Below are positions 39,932 through 45,909 of a stretch of DNA of 45,909 bases, in pieces. Under the pieces are notes generated by a model. That model saw nothing but the letters and a program-made list of their open reading frames with translations. It ran no database searches and was not told where the DNA came from. The translations under genes and the position numbers were made by a program. The DNA is from Verrucomicrobiota bacterium (GTDB taxonomy: Bacteria; Verrucomicrobiota; Verrucomicrobiia; Limisphaerales; CANJSG01): assembly GCA_038209745.1 (NCBI GenBank), contig JBBQXJ010000035.1, positions 1 through 45,909 on the forward strand, written 5' to 3'. Position 1 is the stretch's first letter. Every line of letters begins with the position of its first letter.

Positions 39932-40594
39932 ATGATCAAGCTGCTCAACATCGAGAAAAGTTTTCCCACCCGCCCCAGCCCAACCTACGTGCTGCGGCAG
40001 ATCACGCTCGACCTGGAAGAAGGCGATTTCGTCACCATCATGGGACCCAGCGGCGCCGGGAAATCGACCCTTCTCAGCCTGCTCGGCCTCTACGACCACA
40101 CGTGGGAAGGCGAATACTGGCTCCACGGTCAGCCGGTCCATTCGATGAACGGAAAGGAACGCGCGGCCCTCAACAAGAAGCACGTCGGCTTCGTCTTCCA
40201 GCAGTTCCATCTCCTCGAAGACCTGACCGTCGGCGAGAACCTCGACATCCCCCTCTCGTATCGCGACGTCAGGAAGTCCGAACGCCAAGCCCTCGTGGCC
40301 GACACGCTCGACCGTTTCGGCATCGTCGCGAAGAAGGACCTCTTCCCCAACCAGCTCTCCGGCGGCCAGCAACAGCTCGTCGCCGTGGCCCGCGCCGTCA
40401 TCGCCAAACCTTCGCTCCTGCTGGCCGACGAGCCCACCGGCAATCTCCACTCCGACCAGGGCCGCGCGATCATGGAGCTCTTCAAGCGGCTGAACGACGA
40501 AGGCACCACCATCGTCCAGGTCAGCCATTCCGAGACCAACGCCGCCTACGGCAACCGCATCATCCGTCTCCGCGACGGCTGGCTGGAGAAATAA
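39932..40594 (+). CDS. ABC transporter ATP-binding protein 2
   Basis: GPSGAGKS, FVFQQFHL, LSGGQQQLVA, LLADEPTGNLH, VSHS. Confidence 0.95.
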   Translation: MIKLLNIEKSFPTRPSPTYVLRQITLDLEEGDFVTIMGPSGAGKSTLLSLLGLYDHTWEGEYWLHGQPVHSMNGKERAALNKKHVGFVFQQFHLLEDLTVGENLDIPLSYRDVRKSERQALVADTLDRFGIVAKKDLFPNQLSGGQQQLVAVARAVIAKPSLLLADEPTGNLHSDQGRAIMELFKRLNDEGTTIVQVSHSETNAAYGNRIIRLRDGWLEK

Positions 40595-40684
40595 GGAGAA
40601 GCACGAAACCCGCAGGCCAAAGGCCGAATGAATTCCGGACCACGAACCACACAACAGATCAACCTCCCCCAACCGCAAAACCTC

Positions 40685-41178
40685 ATGAACACACCCCGAT
40701 GCTCCGAACCGTCCGTTCTATCGCGCCGGTCTCGCGCCTTCCTCGGGATCTCCTTTTTCCTTCAAGCGCTGCTCTCCGTCACCACGGGCTTCGCCCAATG
40801 CGACAAACCCGTGGTCCTCACCTGCTCCAAGACCGAATACCTGAACGGCGACGGCGTGGTGCAGAGAACGGTGGTGGAAGAATGCGTGATCAAGATCAGC
40901 AAGACAGAAGCGACCATCGCCCCGAGCGGACACGAGGTGATGACCGGCTCCATCACTTCGACCACCTGCGACTGGAAAGAGCCGTTCAAAACCGGGAAGA
41001 CCACCGTGGAGGCCAAGTTCAAGGACGGGAACGGCACCGAAAAAGCGCGGCCGCGCTTTCCATCGAGGGCAAGGCCGGAAAGATCACCTGCCTGATGACG
41101 GAAAAGGCGAGGCCGGACCGGACGATCCGCGTGACCGTCGACAAGTTCGACGAGCAAAAGCCCGCCCCGCAACCCTGA
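40685..41178 (+). pseudogene. Small exported beta-rich hypothetical protein with a frameshift at an A5 run (about 41040-41044)
   Basis: Signal-like ..TTGFA-QCDKPVVLT..FKDGNGTEK; the -1 frame continues with coding-like SAAALSIEGKAGKITCLM..IRVTVDKFDEQK to TGA 41178. Confidence 0.65.
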
Positions 41179-41244
41179 CGCCTGACGGCTCTCTCGCGTA
41201 AGAGGCGCCAATCCAGCCCAAGCCACGGACCACCGACCAAAAAC

Positions 41245-43674
41245 ATGAACGACCTCAAATTCGCGCTCCGCCAACTACTGAAGAACCCCGGCTTCACCGC
41301 CGTTGCGGTGCTGACCCTGGCGCTCGGTATCGGGTTCGTGACGACCCTCTTCACCATGATCAACGGCGTGGCCTACGGGCAGCTTCCGTTTGAGGACGCG
41401 AAACGGATCGTGAACATCGATGTTCCGGCGAACCGGTTCGACGACTACGCGCGACAACAGCGCAGCTGCGAAGGATTCGCGTTCGCCTCGCCCGGACAGG
41501 CGAATCTCCGCGCCGGCACCTTTGTCAGCCGTTATCCGTCGGCCGTGGTCTCGGCCAACTTCCTCGATGTGCTCCGGGGGAAGCCCGTTGTGGGACGCGG
41601 CTTCCTGCCCGAAGACGGAGCTGCGGGGGCACCGCGCACGGTCTTGATCGGACACGCGATCTGGGAACGCGAGTTCGACCGATCCCCGGCCGCCATCGGC
41701 CGAGAAATCAAAGTCAACGGCGAGATCCATATCGTCGTGGGGGTGATGCCCCAGGGTTTTGGTTTCCCTTTCAACCAGGAGATCTGGATCCCGCGTCGCG
41801 CGGACGAACCGGTCCCGGGCGGGTTGGTCTTTGGTCGGCTGCGGACGGAAATCAGCGCCGAATCCGCAGCGGAACAATTCACCGCCATCGGCCGTCGTCT
41901 TTTTGAAAACGACGGGACTGGCACGAACCAAAGCACCACGCCGTTTGTCTGGGATGCCGACTCCAAGACCGACGCCACCGGCCGCGTGCTGGCGGTCGAG
42001 GTCGTTCCCTTCGCCCAGCGCACGGTCAAGGACGCGCTCCGTCTCATGCTTTCGGCCATCCTCGGCGCGACCTTCCTCGTCCTCCTGCTGGCGTGCGCCA
42101 ATGTCGCGAACCTCGTCCTGGCGCGGTCGATCGACCGCCGGAAGGAGATGGCCATCCGCACCGCGCTGGGCGCGAGCCGCGCACGATTGATCCGGCAGAT
42201 GCTGGTGGAGAGTCTGTTGGTCTCCATCCTGGGGGCCGGCGGCGGCCTGTTGATCGCCACGACGAGCACCCGGCTGGTGTGGCGCTACATGATGAAGGAA
42301 CGGCCGCTGACCGGCGGCGCTCCGTTCTGGATGAACTTCGACGTGGATGGCCGCGTGTTCCTGTTCGTCGCGGCCGTGGCGTTGCTCGCCGGCTTGCTGA
42401 CGGGCCTCGCGCCCGCTTGGCAGGCGGCCCGTGTGGCCCCGAACGACGCGCTCAAGGAGAACGGCGGCGCCGGCCGGCGGGTGTCGCGGTTCACCGGGTT
42501 TTTGGTCAACGCGCAGATGGCCTTCTCGGTCTGTCTGGTGACGGTGGCCGGACTGTTCGCCACGGTGCTGGTCGCCTTCAACCACAAGGCGCTGCCCTAC
42601 GATCCCACGACGATCTACACGGCGCGCATCTCCCTCGACGAACGGCGCTACGACGATCCCTCCGTTCGCGTCCGGTTCTTCGAGCAATTGATCGCCCGGC
42701 TGAAGACTGGTCCGGGCGTCGTCGCTGCAGCGCTCGATTCGCCGGAGGCCCTGAGGATGGTTGACATTCCCCGGATAGAGCTCGAAGGAGCCGCCTATCC
42801 CCGGGAAAGCGATCGGCCCTCGTGCGTCTTGGAATCCGTGTCGCCCAATTTCCTCGAAGGCTACGGAGTCGAGCTGCTCACAGGCCGAAGTCTGGCGGAG
42901 CAGGACACTGGAGATTCGCGTCCGGTGGCGGTCGTCAACGCCGCCTTCGCCGACCGGTTTGGCCGGGAAAGCAGCGTGGTCGGACGGCGCCTGCGCTTGG
43001 CCGGGAACGGCACCAACCCATTGCCGTGGATGACGGTCGTCGGCGTGGTTCCGGATCTCGGCAGCATGAAGGCCGGCCAGGTTTCGCGCGGCCCGGTGAT
43101 CTATCGGCCGTTGGCGCAGGGAACCTACCGCTCCATGACCCTCCTCGTGCGTGGGCAGGGCGACGTTTCGAGTTTCGCGTCACCCATCCGCGGCGCGGTC
43201 GCGTCGCTGGATCCGGATCTCCCCGTGGCCCAACTGCAGACCGTGCAGACCATCATCGAAATGGAGCGCGTGGGCATGAACTCGTTTGGAGCCTTGTTCG
43301 TGATCTGTGGCATCGGAGCCCTCTTGCTCGCCGGTGTCGGCGTCTACGGCGTGATTTCGCTGGGCGTGAAACTGCGCACGCGGGAATTCGGCGTCCGCAT
43401 GGCAGTCGGCGCTTCCCAGGGAATGCTGGTGCGCATGGTGCTGGGACAAGGCCTGAAGCTCGTCTCGATCGGTCTCGGCGTGGGGGTGCTGCTGGCGATC
43501 GGTGCGTCCGCCTTCGCGCGGTCGATCCTCCCGGGCTTCGGCTCTTCCCATTACGACCTCTGGATCCACTGCGGTGTCGTGGCCCTGCTCGCAGCCGTCG
43601 GCGGGACGGCCCTGCTGATACCGGCCCGCCGTGCGGCCCGGACAGACCCGATGGTGGCGCTGCGAGCCGACTGA
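41245..43674 (+). CDS. Duplicated ABC permease 5 (ADOP-like)
   Basis: 809 aa; [17 protein letters not shown] start, [22 protein letters not shown], ends DPMVALRAD. Confidence 0.94.
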   Translation: MNDLKFALRQLLKNPGFTAVAVLTLALGIGFVTTLFTMINGVAYGQLPFEDAKRIVNIDVPANRFDDYARQQRSCEGFAFASPGQANLRAGTFVSRYPSAVVSANFLDVLRGKPVVGRGFLPEDGAAGAPRTVLIGHAIWEREFDRSPAAIGREIKVNGEIHIVVGVMPQGFGFPFNQEIWIPRRADEPVPGGLVFGRLRTEISAESAAEQFTAIGRRLFENDGTGTNQSTTPFVWDADSKTDATGRVLAVEVVPFAQRTVKDALRLMLSAILGATFLVLLLACANVANLVLARSIDRRKEMAIRTALGASRARLIRQMLVESLLVSILGAGGGLLIATTSTRLVWRYMMKERPLTGGAPFWMNFDVDGRVFLFVAAVALLAGLLTGLAPAWQAARVAPNDALKENGGAGRRVSRFTGFLVNAQMAFSVCLVTVAGLFATVLVAFNHKALPYDPTTIYTARISLDERRYDDPSVRVRFFEQLIARLKTGPGVVAAALDSPEALRMVDIPRIELEGAAYPRESDRPSCVLESVSPNFLEGYGVELLTGRSLAEQDTGDSRPVAVVNAAFADRFGRESSVVGRRLRLAGNGTNPLPWMTVVGVVPDLGSMKAGQVSRGPVIYRPLAQGTYRSMTLLVRGQGDVSSFASPIRGAVASLDPDLPVAQLQTVQTIIEMERVGMNSFGALFVICGIGALLLAGVGVYGVISLGVKLRTREFGVRMAVGASQGMLVRMVLGQGLKLVSIGLGVGVLLAIGASAFARSILPGFGSSHYDLWIHCGVVALLAAVGGTALLIPARRAARTDPMVALRAD

Positions 43675-43699
43675 ACGACAAACCCTTATCGGTCAAGCC

Positions 43700-45770
43700 A
43701 TGAACGACCTCCGCTACGCCTTCCGCCAACTCCTGAAGAACCCCGGTTTCACCGCCGTGGCCGTGCTGACCCTGGCGCTCGGAATCGGGGTGAATACGTC
43801 GATGTTCACCGCGCTGCAATCGGTGCTTTCGCGTCCCCTGCCCTATCCCGATCCGGCAAGCCTCGTGCAGGTGTTTCAATCCTCGCCCCAATCCGCGCGC
43901 GAGCCGCAGCACTCGGCGGCCAATTTCCTCGACTACCAAACCCAGGACCGGGACTTCGCCTCCATGGCGGCGATGAACGACAAGCCGTTCAACCTGTCCG
44001 AGCCGGGGCAACCCGCCGAGCGCGTGCCAGGATTGCAGGCAACCGCCGATCTCTTCCCGCTGCTGGGTGTCCAGCCCTTGCTCGGCCGCACATTCACGGC
44101 CGAGGAGGACCGTCCGGGTCGAAACAACGTTGTCGTCCTGGACTATGGCTTCTGGCAGCGCCGGTTCGCCGGCGATTCCAACATCGTCGGGCGGGTGATC
44201 CGGTTGGACGGCGAGCAAGTGTCTGTGGTCGGGGTGATGCCGGCGCGGTTCCACGACATCATGCTGATGGGGCCGGTCTCGCTGTGGCGGCCGATCGCCT
44301 TCACGGACGATCAGCGCCAAGACAGAGGAAACAATTTCCTGAAATGGATCGCCCGGATGAAGCCTGGAATGTCGTTGAAGCCGGTTCAGGCGGGGTTGGA
44401 TGTCGTGTCTACACGACTGGCCCACGAGAATCCGGATCATTCCGTGAAGAGTCTGCGCATTGTGCCACTGGCGGAGTCCAGCCTGCCAACCCAAGGTCGG
44501 ATGATCGCCTGGTCGGTCATGGCCCTCGCGGGATTCGTGCTCCTGATCGCCTGCGCCAACCTGGCGAATCTCCAGTTCGCACGGACGGCGACGCGTAGCC
44601 GCGAATTCGCCATCCGAGGCGCGTTGGGCGCTCCGCGCGCCCGGCTGCTCCGGCAGTTGATCTCCGAGAGCCTGTTGCTCGCCTTGATCGGTGGCGGCGC
44701 GGGTGTGCTGCTCGCCCAATGGACCAACGCGCTGCTGAGCCGCCAGTTCGTCGTCGATGGTGAAGCCGTCCTGCATCTGCCACTGAATCTGCGGGTGCTC
44801 GGTTTCGCCCTGTTCGCATCGACCTTGTCCGGACTGGCCTTCGGTCTGGTCCCGGCCTGGCTTGCGTCGCGCACCGATGTCAACGAAGCGCTCAAACAGG
44901 GCACACGCGGCACGACATCGGACCGTTCGCAGCACCGGGTACAGCACGCGCTCATCGTCTCCGAGGTGGCCCTCGCGCTGATGTTGCTCACGGGAGCCGG
45001 ACTGCTGGTGAACGGACTGCGCGGGTTTGCCGCCGTGGACCCCGGATGGCGGGTGGACGGGATGACCCTCGGGTATTTGACGTTGCCCGGGAGCAAGTAT
45101 GGCAACGGGGACGTCCAGCGCGCTTTCGTCGACCGGCTCCGGGAGAGATTGACGGCCTTGCCCGGCGCACAACGGGTCGCGGCCTGCTGGACGCTGCCCG
45201 TCCGGCAGTTCAACGTCACCGCCAGCTTCAACATCGACGGACGTCCGCAACCACCGGACGGAAATGCGGGAATCCGTTTCCTCAACGGCATCACGCCGGG
45301 ATACTTCGACACCCTCGGAATGAGGCTGCTTTCCGGCCGGGACTTCACCTCCGCCGACACCGCGAGCGGTCCACCGGTCATCATCATCAACGATTCGATG
45401 GCCCACGCGTTTTGGCCAGACAGCTCGCCTCTGGCCGCGCGCATCGACGGCCAGGAGATCGTGGGAGTGGTGAACGACGTTCGGTTCCCCGCCAATCCGG
45501 CTGAACGGCGGACGCCGTTCCAGACCTATCGGCCGTTCGCCCAGTCGCCGGGCGGTTCTCTCTCCGTCGCGATTCGTGGGAACATTCCCGCCGCCACGCT
45601 TCGGCGAGCCGTCGCTGAGATCGATCCGGACCAACCCGTGGGCGATCCCGGTCCCGCCGCCGCCGACGTGGCCCGGTCTCTCGACAACTGGGCCGTGGGC
45701 GGGACGCTTCTGAGCAGCTTCGCGCTGCTGGGCCTGTCGCTCGCCGCTCTCGGACTCTACGACGTGATCT
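43700..45770 (+). pseudogene. Duplicated ABC permease 6, interrupted by an IS
   Basis: ATG 43700 [17 protein letters not shown]; permease similarity stops at LAALGLYDVI (45770), before the second RTREIG motif, where the IS end begins. Confidence 0.9.
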
Positions 45771-45909
45771 GGTTCCTCGCTACTTTCGGTGGCTGGGGAG
45801 GGTGGGTATAGCAAGTTTGCCGGCGACGAAGTAGAGCATGGCGATCATGTGGACGCTGCTGCGATAGCCGCGCGCTTTGCGCTTCACGGCGCTGAAAACA
45901 CTGTTGAGC
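45771..45909 (-). mobile_element. ISL3-family insertion sequence, downstream end (partial)
   Basis: Terminal GGTTCCTCGCTACTTTCGGTGG abuts the broken permease; transposase C-terminus reads toward it on the minus strand. Confidence 0.85.
45780..45909 (-). CDS. ISL3-family transposase, C-terminal fragment
   Basis: Manual translation LNSVFSAVKRKARGYRSSVHMIAMLYFVAGKLAIPTLPSHRK*; N..KRxARGYR is the ISL3 transposase C-terminal motif. Confidence 0.88.
   Translation of the reverse strand, partial: LNSVFSAVKRKARGYRSSVHMIAMLYFVAGKLAIPTLPSHRK

Overview
High-GC bacterial chromosomal segment; gene content (DUF1592/DUF1552 pair, H-X9-DG prepilin-like protein, PVC-type Ser/Thr kinase remnant, [21 protein letters not shown] permeases) suggests Verrucomicrobiota or another PVC lineage (inference). 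Left part: a minus-strand amino-acid biosynthesis run hom-thrC-lysC-leuA. It has a clear Leu leader-peptide attenuator and two small toxin-antitoxin-like insertions, one bounded by a duplicated hom 3' end. Middle: a redoxin/heme c/copper-monooxygenase-like protein, a serine hydrolase, TonB, and a single ORF fusing an inner-membrane HupE/UreJ metal permease to an outer-membrane TonB-dependent receptor through an apparent internal signal peptide. These are followed by DUF1552/DUF1592, a prepilin-like protein and a four-gene gamma-glutamylation amine-catabolism cluster. Right part (about 21 kb): an NtrC-like two-component system, tandem palindromic sites and a sigma-54 promoter. These precede an adaptor, two ABC ATPases and a tandem array of six duplicated MacB-type (ADOP-like) permeases with conserved ends, a 107/108-bp identical junction repeat and 7-bp-periodic spacers. 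The sixth permease is cut by an ISL3-family element at the window edge. Best candidates for new biology: the HupE-receptor polyprotein and the cassette-like permease array. No database searches were run; family calls rest on recognised motifs.
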